Positions 38,322 through 48,104 of a DNA stretch of 64,000 nt are shown here, in pieces (the first letter of the stretch is position 1; the number at the start of each line of letters is the position of its first letter). The DNA comes from an uncultured delta proteobacterium. GTDB lineage: Bacteria; Myxococcota_A; Polyangia; Polyangiales; Polyangiaceae. The position numbers were made by a program, and so were the translations under genes. The DNA lies in contig CAWAIF010000003.1 in assembly GCA_963782055.1 (NCBI GenBank), positions 3,808,001-3,872,000 on the forward strand, in the 5' to 3' direction. Under the pieces are notes generated by a model, which was given only the letters and a program-made list of their open reading frames with translations, did no database searches and was not told the origin of the DNA.

Positions 38322-38894
38322 TCACTCCGCGGTCAGCCGCTCGAGCCGCTCCACCAGGCGGTCGGCGTCCTTCTGGAAGGCCTTGCTGGCCTTGCGCGCC
38401 CGCACCTGGGCCGCGATGCAGAAGGCCGCCCCGGCGATGCCGAACACCGCCACGTCGATCGCCCGCATGACGACGGCGTCGATCTCCGCGCCCCTGCCCT
38501 GGTCCGGCCCGGTGCCCGCGGCCGCCAGTCCGGCCCGGAGCACCCACACCGCCAGCAAGAAGCCGGTCGAGCTGGCGATGCTGGCGCACACCCGCGGGAC
38601 CCGCTGCCAGCGCTGCATGCGGTAGTCCAGCTCGGTGAGCTGCTCGTTGACGAGCGCCGCGCGCGCCGCGCCCTTCGTCTCCAGCGCGCCCAGCAGCTCG
38701 TGCTCCCACTCCGCCGCCGGGTCGGCGAGGATGGCGTCGCGCACCCGGGGGTAGCGCGCGCGGCCGGCGTCACCTCGCAACATCTGCAGCAGCACCGCCG
38801 GGCTGAGGGCGGTGGGCGCCACCGCCAGCTTCACGCGCCGGAGGCTGGCCAGCGCGCACCCGAGGGCGACGAGCACGGCGATCGCCGTGAGCAT
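38322..38894 (-). CDS. 3-TM membrane protein, degenerate MotA/TolQ/ExbB-like
   Basis: N-terminal TM, helical cytoplasmic loop, then VCASIASSTGFLLAV and AIDVAVFGIAGAAFC aligning loosely with the ExbB TM2/TM3 patterns. Confidence 0.55.
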   Translation of the reverse strand: MLTAIAVLVALGCALASLRRVKLAVAPTALSPAVLLQMLRGDAGRARYPRVRDAILADPAAEWEHELLGALETKGAARAALVNEQLTELDYRMQRWQRVPRVCASIASSTGFLLAVWVLRAGLAAAGTGPDQGRGAEIDAVVMRAIDVAVFGIAGAAFCIAAQVRARKASKAFQKDADRLVERLERLTAE

Positions 38895-38898
38895 GCGG

Positions 38899-40218
38899 TC
38901 ACTTCTTGGTGCCGGCGGCGGGCTTGCTGGACGCCGCGGCCGCCGCGGCGGCCTTCGCCTGCTGCATCTCGGTCTGCTTCTGCGTGGCGCGGGCGATGAG
39001 ATCGTCGATGTCGTCGCTCACGCCGGGCGGCGCCTTCGGCCCGCGCATCTTCTTGTAGGTGTTCAGCTCCCGGATCGCGGCCCCGATCTGGTCGCTGGCG
39101 CTCATCCCGGGGAAGCTCGGCGCGAAGAGGTACATGAGACCCAGGTCGTAGTGGGGCTGCATGAGGGAGGAGTCGAGCGACAGGGCCTTGTCCAGCTCCT
39201 TCTTGGCGTCCGCCCAGCGACGCTGCAGGCGGTAGCAGTCGCCCAGGTTCATGTGCGCCAGCGCCGACTGGGGTGCGTACCGGATAGCGCTCTCCAGGAG
39301 GGGCTGGGCCTCCGTCGCGTTCCCGGCCTCCAGCTTCATGGCTGCGACCTGCACGGTGGCCTCCACCATGTCGGGGCGCTTGGCGTGGGCGGCCTCGAAG
39401 TCCTTCATCGCCGGGATGCGCTGGCCCGCGTCGCGCTCGATCAGGCCGCGGAGCAACAGCGCCTCCGCGTTGCCGGGATCGCGCGCCGGGCTCGCCTGGC
39501 CGAAGCCCTCCAAAATAGCCTTGAGCGCGTAGCTCGCCAGGTCGATGCGGCCGGCGCGGTAGTGATCGCGCGCGATGGTGACCATCGCGTCGTGGAAGTT
39601 GGAGTCGATGCGCAGCGCGTCCTGCGCGAGCTGCTGCGCGGTGGCGCTGTCCTTCTCCAGCGACTTCACCTCGGCGAGGTAGTTGGTGATGCGCGCCGAC
39701 TTGGGCATCTTCTGGTGCTTCTCGGTGAGGAAGGTGTCCGCCTCGGCGAGGTGCCCCGTGTGCGCGAGGTTGAGCGCGTACGCGCCCATGCCCAGCTCGT
39801 AGTCGCTCTTCGCCGCGAAGGACTGCTTGTAGGCCTGCTGCGCGCCGGAGTTGTCCCCGAGCCGCTCGAGCACCGTGCCGAGCGAGTAGAAGGCGGCGGC
39901 GGCCTTCGGGTCTGCCTCGGTGGCCTTCTTGAAGTCTGCCTTGGCCGTCTGCAGGTCGCCGGAGATCCAGGCCTTGAAGCCCTCGTCGTAGGAGCCCTTG
40001 GCGTCCGACGACATCGCCGCGTGCTCCTGCGGACCCTCCGTCACGCCGACCTGCGCGCCGTTGCCGTTGCTCACCGGCGCGCCGGCGCCGGCGTCCTCCT
40101 GGCCGGTCTTGCTCGGGTACTTGACCTGCTGCGACTGGTCCTCCCCGCCACACGCGACGAAGACCATCGCGCCGAGGAGGAGCGGGGCGAGGGGCAGGAT
40201 GATCGCGCGAAGTCTCAT
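38899..40218 (-). CDS. TPR lipoprotein, GltE/NfsE-like
   Basis: Lipobox FVAC; many TPR repeats (AHMNLGDCYR, HYDLGLMYL); position between the giant TPR gene and the GltG-like gene. Confidence 0.75.
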   Translation of the reverse strand: MRLRAIILPLAPLLLGAMVFVACGGEDQSQQVKYPSKTGQEDAGAGAPVSNGNGAQVGVTEGPQEHAAMSSDAKGSYDEGFKAWISGDLQTAKADFKKATEADPKAAAAFYSLGTVLERLGDNSGAQQAYKQSFAAKSDYELGMGAYALNLAHTGHLAEADTFLTEKHQKMPKSARITNYLAEVKSLEKDSATAQQLAQDALRIDSNFHDAMVTIARDHYRAGRIDLASYALKAILEGFGQASPARDPGNAEALLLRGLIERDAGQRIPAMKDFEAAHAKRPDMVEATVQVAAMKLEAGNATEAQPLLESAIRYAPQSALAHMNLGDCYRLQRRWADAKKELDKALSLDSSLMQPHYDLGLMYLFAPSFPGMSASDQIGAAIRELNTYKKMRGPKAPPGVSDDIDDLIARATQKQTEMQQAKAAAAAAASSKPAAGTKK

Positions 40219-40228
40219 GATGGCTCCT

Positions 40229-43200
40229 TCACGGCGCAACCGGCAGCGGGAGGGCCGACCCGTTCTCCGGCAGCGTCTCCGGCAGGCCGGGGCGGGTCTG
40301 CACGTACATCTGGTTGGTGTACGAGAGCTTGCTGCCCTGGTGGGTCGGGTCGTTGGTGCTGGAGACGTAGGTCGCCATCTTCGGGTCGCCGATGAGATCG
40401 GTGAAGTAGGCGAGACGCGCCACCGCGCGCGCGACGCCCGGGTTGCGCACGTTGTACGCGCGGGAGAGCGCCACGGCCTGGGCGTAGTAGCGCACCATGA
40501 TCTGGTCGGCGGCGTCGACCTCGCTGTCGCGCTTGTCGCGCCAGCCCTGCTTGATCTTCGCCTCCAGGTCGTCGGCCTGGTCGACGAGCGCGTCGCGGCC
40601 GCTGTTGCGCATGGAGTTGAGGAGCTTCTGGAACTTGGTCGGGATCAGCTTGAACTCCGCGCCGGCGCAGTAATACAGGCCGGTACGCAGCGAGTCGTAG
40701 AGGGAGCCGCGGCGGGCGAGCGCCGCAGGGACCCACTCCAGCGACTTGTAGGTGTCGACGATGTGCGCCAGCTTCTTGTCGTAGTCGTCGGCGACCTTGG
40801 CGTCCTTCCGGTAAAGACCCTCGCTGATGAACTTGCCGGTCTTCTGGTCCACCTTCCCCATGATCTGCTCGGAGTCGTACTTGATGTAGTGGTGGTGACC
40901 GGTGTCGTAGTCGAACTTGTCGTGGATCTCCTCGTCGAGGGGGACGTACTCCGCCTCGGCGCCGTAGTCGGCGTAGGGGAGCTTGTTCGCGTCGTCGGCG
41001 CTCTGCTGGTGGTAGAAGTTCCACGCGGCGAGGGTGTTCTTGAACCAGCCGTGGTAGCCGGTGTCGCCCACCGCCTGCTTCATCTTGGCCACTCGCCACG
41101 CCGCCTCCAGCGCGTACTTGGCGGCGCTCGGGATGGCCTTGTGCGAGTTGTAGAAGCCCTCGAGCGAGCTGATCGCCTTCAGGCGCGCGGTGCGGTTGGA
41201 GCCGGTGTCGGCCCCGCCCTTGTTCCACTGCTGGTAGTCGTAGCTCGCGACGAGGTAGTCGTAGTTCGCCCGCTCGTCGGCCGTCGGCCGGAGCTGGACG
41301 ACGATCTTGTACATCGCCAGCATCTTGTCGCGCTGGCCGATGGCGTTGAACAGGATCATCGCGTTCTTCGCGTCGACCTTGCGCTTGTCCTCGTCCAGCC
41401 GGACGTTCTCCGCCACCTTGGCGTAGGTGGCCGCGGCCTGCGGGTAGCTGAAGAAGGAGTAGTAGGTCGTCCCCTCCTCGTCGTAGGCCACCTGCAGGTA
41501 GTTGATCCGCTCCTTGTACAGCGCCGGCTCAGGGGGGGTGTTCGTCTTCGGGTCGCCCTTCTGGAGCTTCCGGAGGGTCTCCTCCTTGCCGTACTCCGAG
41601 ATGAAGCGGTCGTAGTTCTTGATGGCGCGGTCGTAGTCGCCGAGCTGCTTGTAGGCGAACGCGGCGCGCATGGCGCCTCGCGGGGCCTCGCGGCGCCCGG
41701 GGGCGGCCTTGAGCGCGGCCTCGTAGAGCGCGCCGGCCTCCGCCCACTTCTTGGCGCGATCGGGCGTGACCGGATCGCAGCGGTCGGCCTCGGTGGTGAT
41801 GTCGCGGCCGCACGCCTCGATGAACTTCTGGTCGGCGTCCTTGTAGGCCGCCGCCTGGAAGATGGGGTTGAGCAGGGAGGCCGCGCCGGCGGTCTGCTCG
41901 GCCGTGACCGCGCAGCTGTGCGACTTCTCCGCCTCGGCGAGCTTGCGGGAGTTGACGCTGTCGCCCGACTTCGCGGCGATGGAGATGAGCTTCTCCCACG
42001 CCTTGTAGCCGTACTCGTCCTTGCCGCAGTGCTCCTTGTAGATGGGCTCGAAGCGAGCCCTGGCGTCGAGGAAGTCGCCGTAGACGAAGAAGGTGTCCGC
42101 GACGTCGAACGCGTACAGCGTCGAGTTGTGCGCCGGGTCCTTCTCCGGCGGGACGTGCCGGATGTAGTCGTCGCGCGCGTCCATGCTCCCCTTCACGACG
42201 GCGGGGATGGGCACCACCTTCACCTTGGCGGTGTCACCGGTGCCCTCCATCTCCAGCTCGGTGCGCTTCTGCACGCCCTGCGTGCCCTTGCTGTCGTCGT
42301 AGAGCTGGTAGGCGAGGTCCCGGGCGATGTCCGACTCCTCCACCACCATCTGCGCGGCCACGTCCAGGTACTTGTCGTCCTCGTTGGAGTCGCGCACCTG
42401 GATGGCGGCGGCCTTCGCGTCCTCGACGTCCTTGTCGCTCGGCGGCGGGAACTGGTCCTTGTTGCGCGTGTGCAACAGGAGCTGGATGCGGACGTCCTTG
42501 TTGCGGGCGTCGGCGAGCCAGAAGAGGGTGTCGTAGGCGTCGGGCGCGTTCTCGTCCTGCTTCAGGTAGCCGTACCAGCCCACCGCGGCGAGCCGGTACT
42601 CCGCCTCCGCGCGCGTCAGGTAGTCGAGCTGCTCCTTCGGGTCCTGCGAGTTGAGCGCGGCGACGAGGAGCTGCTTGCCCAGGTTGGTGTGCGCCGCGGC
42701 CGCCTGGCGGAGGCCACCGCGCACCAGCCGCTCGGCGTTCTGCAGGGCGGCCGGGTTCTCCTTGTTGGCGTCCACCCACGGCGTGTTGCCGATGTAGTTG
42801 GCCAGCGCGGTGCGCGCCTTGAGCGCCTTGGAGCTGATGGCGTCGAACTCGGGGGTGCCCTGCTTGAGGGTCGTCAGCATCTGATCGTAGGTGAGCGCGA
42901 TCTCGTTCTGGACGTCCGGGGCGGTGGGGTCCATCGGCCACTGCTTCAGGATCAGGTCGTAGACCTCGATGGCGTTGTTGAACTGGTTGAGGCTGCGGAA
43001 CTCGCCGGCGAGCGACTTGTAGATCTCGATCGTCCAGGGCTTGTCCTGGGGGATGAGCGACGGGTCGCGCACCCGGTCGATCGCCACGTGGAGCTTCTTC
43101 TCCGCCCTCGCCGGGTCGGGCTCGGTGTCGACGATGTCGGGGCGCTGGATGAAGGGCTCGTCCGGGCCGGGGCCGGTGAAGTCGACGTTGGTGAGGGAGC

Positions 43201-44515
43201 CCGCGATGTAGGTGTACGCCTCGCTACGGAAGTCGCCGACGTTGGTGTCGCCTTCCTTCTCCAGCTCGTCGGTGTGGAGCAGCAGCTTCACGAAGGCGCG
43301 CGTGGCGAGCTCGTAGCGCTGCTGCTTGAAGAGCGTCCAGGCGTACTTGTAGAGGGCCACGCCGTAGAGCGGCGGCTTCTTGTACTGCAGGGAGTGGACG
43401 TAGGCGCTCGCCGCGCGGTTGAGGTCCCAGACGGCGATGGGCTCGTCATCGACGACGCCGCCGCGGTTGTCGAGCTGGTCGAACTCCCAGTTGCCGATCT
43501 GCCACCAGATCTCGGCGACATATTTCGGGTCCTCGCCGGGCTGCAGGTCCGGCTGGGGGATGTACTGGCAGTCGTTGGGGAAGGGGTCGTTGAAGACGGT
43601 GTCGGGCCCCTTCTTCAGCCGCATGGGATCCGGATAGCGCTGGCGCCAGCCCATCCAGTAGTCCTTGGTGTTGTCCTGCGGCATCGGGATGATGGAGTCG
43701 ACGTCCGCGTTCTTCGGGTCGGGCGGCGTCGGGTACGGGAACTTGTTGTGGCAGACCAGCGATCGCCAGACCTGCTGCGCCTCCTCGATGCGGGCGGAGT
43801 CGTTGTACGCGTGGCCGAGGTAGTAGTAGATGGCCGCCAGCCGCTTGTACTTGGGGAACTCGTTGATGACGCGCTTGTAGAGGGAGATGGCCGGCTTGAG
43901 GCCCACCGACAGGTCGTCGGTCGCGTCCTCGCCGCGGGCGCGCTCCTCGTAGAGCGACGCGAGGCGGAACATGGCGTCGGGAGTGGCCTCCGGCTGCGCG
44001 TTCGGCCCGGAGTACTTGGCGATGAACTCCTCGAGACGCTGGATGGCGATGTCGCGCGCCTTCTTCAGCTCCGCCTTCTCGGTGGCGATCTCGGTGTCCA
44101 GACCGGAGAGGATGTCCTTCTTCTTCTCCTCGTAGTGGAGCTTGATGATCGTCGTGACGGTGTCGCGGTACTCCTTCGCTCCCTCGGCGTAGGCGTCGGT
44201 CTCCTGCTGCAGGGCCTTGAGGGCGGCGATCTGCTGGGGGGAAGGCGGCGGCGCGGGCGGCGCGGGACGGCGGTACGTCGGCACGGGGGGGAGCGCGATC
44301 TGACCGGCGTCCTCGGCGGTGGCCGTGGCGCCACCGTCGCCCGCGGTCGTCGTCGTGGCGGCGTCGCCGGAGGTCGCGGTGACGCCCGCGTCCCCCGAGG
44401 CGGCCGGCGCCCCGGCGTCAGCGGCGCCAGCAGTGGCCGGCTGCGCGAAGACCGACGCGCTGAAGACCAGCGTGAGCAAGCTCGCGCTCGAGACGAAAAG
44501 CCAACTCTTCTTCAA
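40229..44515 (-). CDS. Giant secreted TPR protein (1428 aa), GltD/NfsD-like
   Basis: Signal peptide (VFA-Q), AIQRLEEFIAKY...PDAMFRLASLYEE, YYLGHAY and ALYKYAWT TPR motifs; GAGGAG RBS before TTG. Confidence 0.8.
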   Translation of the reverse strand: MKKSWLFVSSASLLTLVFSASVFAQPATAGAADAGAPAASGDAGVTATSGDAATTTTAGDGGATATAEDAGQIALPPVPTYRRPAPPAPPPSPQQIAALKALQQETDAYAEGAKEYRDTVTTIIKLHYEEKKKDILSGLDTEIATEKAELKKARDIAIQRLEEFIAKYSGPNAQPEATPDAMFRLASLYEERARGEDATDDLSVGLKPAISLYKRVINEFPKYKRLAAIYYYLGHAYNDSARIEEAQQVWRSLVCHNKFPYPTPPDPKNADVDSIIPMPQDNTKDYWMGWRQRYPDPMRLKKGPDTVFNDPFPNDCQYIPQPDLQPGEDPKYVAEIWWQIGNWEFDQLDNRGGVVDDEPIAVWDLNRAASAYVHSLQYKKPPLYGVALYKYAWTLFKQQRYELATRAFVKLLLHTDELEKEGDTNVGDFRSEAYTYIAGSLTNVDFTGPGPDEPFIQRPDIVDTEPDPARAEKKLHVAIDRVRDPSLIPQDKPWTIEIYKSLAGEFRSLNQFNNAIEVYDLILKQWPMDPTAPDVQNEIALTYDQMLTTLKQGTPEFDAISSKALKARTALANYIGNTPWVDANKENPAALQNAERLVRGGLRQAAAAHTNLGKQLLVAALNSQDPKEQLDYLTRAEAEYRLAAVGWYGYLKQDENAPDAYDTLFWLADARNKDVRIQLLLHTRNKDQFPPPSDKDVEDAKAAAIQVRDSNEDDKYLDVAAQMVVEESDIARDLAYQLYDDSKGTQGVQKRTELEMEGTGDTAKVKVVPIPAVVKGSMDARDDYIRHVPPEKDPAHNSTLYAFDVADTFFVYGDFLDARARFEPIYKEHCGKDEYGYKAWEKLISIAAKSGDSVNSRKLAEAEKSHSCAVTAEQTAGAASLLNPIFQAAAYKDADQKFIEACGRDITTEADRCDPVTPDRAKKWAEAGALYEAALKAAPGRREAPRGAMRAAFAYKQLGDYDRAIKNYDRFISEYGKEETLRKLQKGDPKTNTPPEPALYKERINYLQVAYDEEGTTYYSFFSYPQAAATYAKVAENVRLDEDKRKVDAKNAMILFNAIGQRDKMLAMYKIVVQLRPTADERANYDYLVASYDYQQWNKGGADTGSNRTARLKAISSLEGFYNSHKAIPSAAKYALEAAWRVAKMKQAVGDTGYHGWFKNTLAAWNFYHQQSADDANKLPYADYGAEAEYVPLDEEIHDKFDYDTGHHHYIKYDSEQIMGKVDQKTGKFISEGLYRKDAKVADDYDKKLAHIVDTYKSLEWVPAALARRGSLYDSLRTGLYYCAGAEFKLIPTKFQKLLNSMRNSGRDALVDQADDLEAKIKQGWRDKRDSEVDAADQIMVRYYAQAVALSRAYNVRNPGVARAVARLAYFTDLIGDPKMATYVSSTNDPTHQGSKLSYTNQMYVQTRPGLPETLPENGSALPLPVAP

Positions 44516-44525
44516 GGCTCGCTCC

Positions 44526-46943
44526 TCACTTCGGGGCCTGCGTGCTGGAAGACTGATCGCTCTGGCCGGAGTCGTCCAGCACCTCCTTGAGCTCCTCGTC
44601 CAGGAGCTGCTCCTGCCGCGAGCGCTCCGTCTGGAGGTTGCGCACGCGGTCGAGCTCCTCTTCGCGGACCTCCCACGCCTGCTCGGTCACGCCCACGTCC
44701 GCGCGCAGCACGATGTTGCGGAGCTTGTCGCGCACCAGGCCGAAGTTGCGCTGCGCCACGTGCCCGACGAGGTCGCGCGCCTCGTCGTCCAGCTTGCCGA
44801 GCTGCTCCTTGTAGTTGGCGATGTTCGCCGACTCGGCGTCGATCTTCCCCTGCAGCACCTTCGTCCGGGCGGCCACCTGCGTCTCCAGCTGCATGAAGGC
44901 CGCGACGAGCTGGTCCTCCTGCGAGCGGATCTGGCCGAGCGGGCCCTGGATGCGCCCGGCGTAGGTCCGGGCGTCTCCCCCACCCTGCCCCGCGCCGGCG
45001 AGCTGCACCTCGCGGTCGAAGACATCGCGGAACTGTGAGCGTGCGTTGGCGTCGTTCTGGTAGCGCAGGTCGCCCAGGCCGATCTGGGCGCGGCCCATCT
45101 CGATCTGCTGGCGGAGCGCGGCGACCTCTTCCTTGTCCGTCTTGAGGTCGTGCTCGTTCTGGTCGATCTCCGCGTTGAAGCGCTGCACGGCGGCGGGGTC
45201 GCGCGTGACGCCGTTCTGCGCGTCCTCCTTGAGCATGCGGCGCAGCCCGTTGACGACGGCCTGGAGCTGGTCAATCTCCAGCTGGCCGCGCGAGAGCTGC
45301 TGCGAGACCGTGTTCCACTGCTGCTCGCCCTCGTGGTCGCGCTGGGCGAACTCGGCCGAGTTGGTCGGGAGGCCGGACATGGCGGCCATCAGCTTGCGGC
45401 GCTGATCGCGGACCTGGCCCATCTCCCCGCCGATGTCGCCGGACTCCTCGCCGTCCATGCCCTTGGCGAGCTCGAGGCGCGCCCGGGAGAGGCGGTTGAG
45501 CAGACCGAGCGCGAGCTCCTCGCCGGCGAGCAGGTCGGGGAAGGCGCGCACGCGGTTGGAGGCCTGCGTGAGGGCGTTCAGCTTCTGGACGAGCAGCTCG
45601 GAGTCCTTGATGAGCTTCTTGCAGTCGTTGACGTCGTCGATGACCGCGAAGGCGAGCGGGCCGTCCTCCTCCTCGCGCGCCCACCGGATGGCGACGGGCG
45701 GGAGCTGGTCGTTCTGATCCAGCATGTCGAGCTGCTGGGCGGAGAGCTTGTCGTAGTAGACGCTCACGTCGGAGGTGGAGCTGAGGAAGGTGTCCACCTT
45801 CTGGCGCATCGGGTCGTACTGCGCGCGCACCGACTGATAGAGCTGCAGGGCCTTGTCGAACGCGCCGGCGCGCAGCAAGAGGTCCGCCCGCAGGAGCGTG
45901 CCGTCGGCCATGTAGTTGGAGTCGGGGTTGGCGATGGAGAGGACCTCCAGCGCGCGTTCGGCGCGCTCCACGTCCCCGTCGCGCACGTAGACCCACGCGA
46001 GCTCGTAGAGCATCGTGTCGAACTCGGGCGAGTCGCGGCCGATCTTGGAGTACGCCTCGCTGGCGAGCTGGAACTGCTCCTCCTGGTAGGCGAGCCGGCC
46101 GATGGCCATCCACGCCAGGTCGATGACGTGGCGGTGCTCCTCGGTGTCCGGCGGCAGGTCGGTCACCTGCTTGAAGGCGTCGATCGCCGTCTTGTAGTTG
46201 ATCTTCTGCGCGGGGGCGGCGGGGGCCGGGCCGGCGGTGGTGGGCGGCGCGGCGGCGGCGGTGGGCTGCAGCTGCTTGAGCACGATGAGCGCCTGGAAGT
46301 AGCGCGCCTGGTGCGTGTAGCGCGTGTTCGCGGGGACGGCCGAGAACTGGTGGTTGGCGTCCTGGTAGTCCTTCTTGGCGTAGTACGCCTTGCCCTTCGC
46401 GTAGGTGAGCGCGGCGTCGACCTGCGCAGGCGGCACGAGGTTGAGGTTCTGGAAGACCTCGTCCAGGCCGGCGATGTCGTCGAGGCGGAAGGACACGTCC
46501 ACCATGCGCGCCAGCGACTTGGAGACGTAAGGCGCGTAGCGGGGCTCGGTCCCGCGCTTGACGATGGCGCGGTAGTCGCGGCGGGCGGAGAGGTAATCGC
46601 CCGCGTCGTAGAACGTCTCGCCGCGGAGCCACTGCGCGTCGACCGCCGACGGCGTGTCGGGGTAGCCCTCGATGATCTCGCTGAAGACCAGGATGGCGCG
46701 GTCGAAGTCCTTCATGCGGTAGAGCAGCTCGCCGTTGGCGAGGCGCTGGTCCACCGTCATCACCTGCCCCTTCGCCTTGTTGACCGCGGACTGCACGCCG
46801 CCGGCCTCGCTGGTGACGGCGTTGATCTCGTTCTGCGCGCGGGAGATCTCGTCGTCACCGCCCGCGTGGGCGGGCGGGGCCAACAACAGCGCGGCCAGCG
46901 CGACCGGCCCGAGGGCCAGCCGCGCGACGCGAAGGCGACTCAC
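44526..46943 (-). CDS. Secreted TPR + coiled-coil protein
   Basis: Signal peptide (AHA-G), TPR repeats (LAWMAIGRLAY, LYELAWVY), long C-terminal coiled coil ending LRADVGVTEQAW. Confidence 0.8.
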   Translation of the reverse strand: MSRLRVARLALGPVALAALLLAPPAHAGGDDEISRAQNEINAVTSEAGGVQSAVNKAKGQVMTVDQRLANGELLYRMKDFDRAILVFSEIIEGYPDTPSAVDAQWLRGETFYDAGDYLSARRDYRAIVKRGTEPRYAPYVSKSLARMVDVSFRLDDIAGLDEVFQNLNLVPPAQVDAALTYAKGKAYYAKKDYQDANHQFSAVPANTRYTHQARYFQALIVLKQLQPTAAAAPPTTAGPAPAAPAQKINYKTAIDAFKQVTDLPPDTEEHRHVIDLAWMAIGRLAYQEEQFQLASEAYSKIGRDSPEFDTMLYELAWVYVRDGDVERAERALEVLSIANPDSNYMADGTLLRADLLLRAGAFDKALQLYQSVRAQYDPMRQKVDTFLSSTSDVSVYYDKLSAQQLDMLDQNDQLPPVAIRWAREEEDGPLAFAVIDDVNDCKKLIKDSELLVQKLNALTQASNRVRAFPDLLAGEELALGLLNRLSRARLELAKGMDGEESGDIGGEMGQVRDQRRKLMAAMSGLPTNSAEFAQRDHEGEQQWNTVSQQLSRGQLEIDQLQAVVNGLRRMLKEDAQNGVTRDPAAVQRFNAEIDQNEHDLKTDKEEVAALRQQIEMGRAQIGLGDLRYQNDANARSQFRDVFDREVQLAGAGQGGGDARTYAGRIQGPLGQIRSQEDQLVAAFMQLETQVAARTKVLQGKIDAESANIANYKEQLGKLDDEARDLVGHVAQRNFGLVRDKLRNIVLRADVGVTEQAWEVREEELDRVRNLQTERSRQEQLLDEELKEVLDDSGQSDQSSSTQAPK

Positions 46944-47749
46944 TTGCTCCCCCCTCCGTTCGCCGCCGGCGTCGCGCCCATGCCGGCGCCGAGCGCCTGC
47001 ACTTGCTCCTTCCACTCGATCTTCGGGCGGTCCTGGAGGGCGGTGGTCACGCCGCCCTGCTCGAAGGCGGTGGCGGTGATGGAGAGGGTCTTGCCCTCCA
47101 CCGAGGTGAAGGAGTGGCTGGACTTGACCTCGAACTTGTAGCCACGCAGGTAGGTGAAGACGCCGTAGCCGTTGCCCTGGAAGACGAGGAGCACCTGCAC
47201 GGTGTGATCGCCCGGGGGCACCGAGCCGGTGAACACAGGGATGTCCTTCTGGTCGGCGAGGGCGCCGGTGTCGTCCTGACGGTTGTACTGGACCGCGCCG
47301 TCGAGCACGAAGAGCGCGCGCACCAGGCGGAAGGCGCTGGACATCTCGTTGTGGAAGTTGATGACCGAGCGCGAGCCCGCAGCGCCGCCGGAGAGGATGG
47401 TGTCGGACAGCAGCGCGAGGCGCGTGTGGCTCTTGCGGATCTGATCCTTCAGCTCGTCCACGCGCGCCTCCAGATCACGAAGCCGCACGTTGTAGGTCGC
47501 GCCGTCCATCTCGGGGGCGGGCGCGGCGGCCGAGGCGGACGGCGCCGCGGAGCCGGAGGAAGCGGCCGAGGCGGCGGGGGCGCCTGAAGCAGAAGCGCTG
47601 GCGGCCGCGCTGGGGGCTGCAGCGGCCGAGGCAGACGCGGATGCCGCGCCCGGCGCCGTGACACCTCCGGCCGCGCCGCCGGCCAGAGCCGTGACGGCGA
47701 GCAGGAAGGGCAGAGCCAGAGCGATGACCGTTGTCGCGAAGCGTCGCAT
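46940..47749 (-). CDS. Secreted protein with Ala/Ser linker, coiled coil and beta-sandwich domain
   Basis: Signal peptide, low-complexity A/S/P linker, LRDLEARVDELKDQI coil, beta-rich C-terminal domain (GNGYGVFTYLRGYKF); first gene of the TPR operon. Confidence 0.75.
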   Translation of the reverse strand: MRRFATTVIALALPFLLAVTALAGGAAGGVTAPGAASASASAAAAPSAAASASASGAPAASAASSGSAAPSASAAAPAPEMDGATYNVRLRDLEARVDELKDQIRKSHTRLALLSDTILSGGAAGSRSVINFHNEMSSAFRLVRALFVLDGAVQYNRQDDTGALADQKDIPVFTGSVPPGDHTVQVLLVFQGNGYGVFTYLRGYKFEVKSSHSFTSVEGKTLSITATAFEQGGVTTALQDRPKIEWKEQVQALGAGMGATPAANGGGSK

Positions 47750-47873
47750 TTCGAATTCCCCTTGTCTTTCCTAGCCCAAGCCGCGTTTTTTGGAGTCTTC
47801 GTGTGTCGCCAGGCGCACCTGGACCATTTCCTTGGTGCACCGTGGCTACCTAGACAGTTCCGACCGCGGAGGC

Positions 47874-47903
47874 AGTGTAGTTTGCCGTACGACCTGGGTG
47901 CAA
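47874..47903 (-). promoter_or_regulatory. Candidate sigma70 promoter for the TPR/Glt-like operon
   Basis: Minus strand TTGCAC (47898-47903), 18-nt spacer, TACACT (47874-47879). Confidence 0.4.
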
Positions 47904-48104
47904 CCGTCGAAGATGGGGCCCCGCACCCCCCCGGGGCCGAAAAAGCGACGATCAGTTGTGGCGGGGCCCGCGGTCCGAATAAAACGCTCAGACCCCCTCG
48001 CAAAGCCCCGTGAGCCCCCTTTTGCGCGCGCAAGCCAGATCCAACCGCGGCGTGGTGCGTCTGATCCCCCAAGGAAAGGATGGGTACGGTGTTACGCGCT
48101 TCGC

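Noticed and set aside
39998..44590. 1530-aa plus-strand ORF
   Set aside because: Mirror frame of the giant TPR gene; no independent signals.
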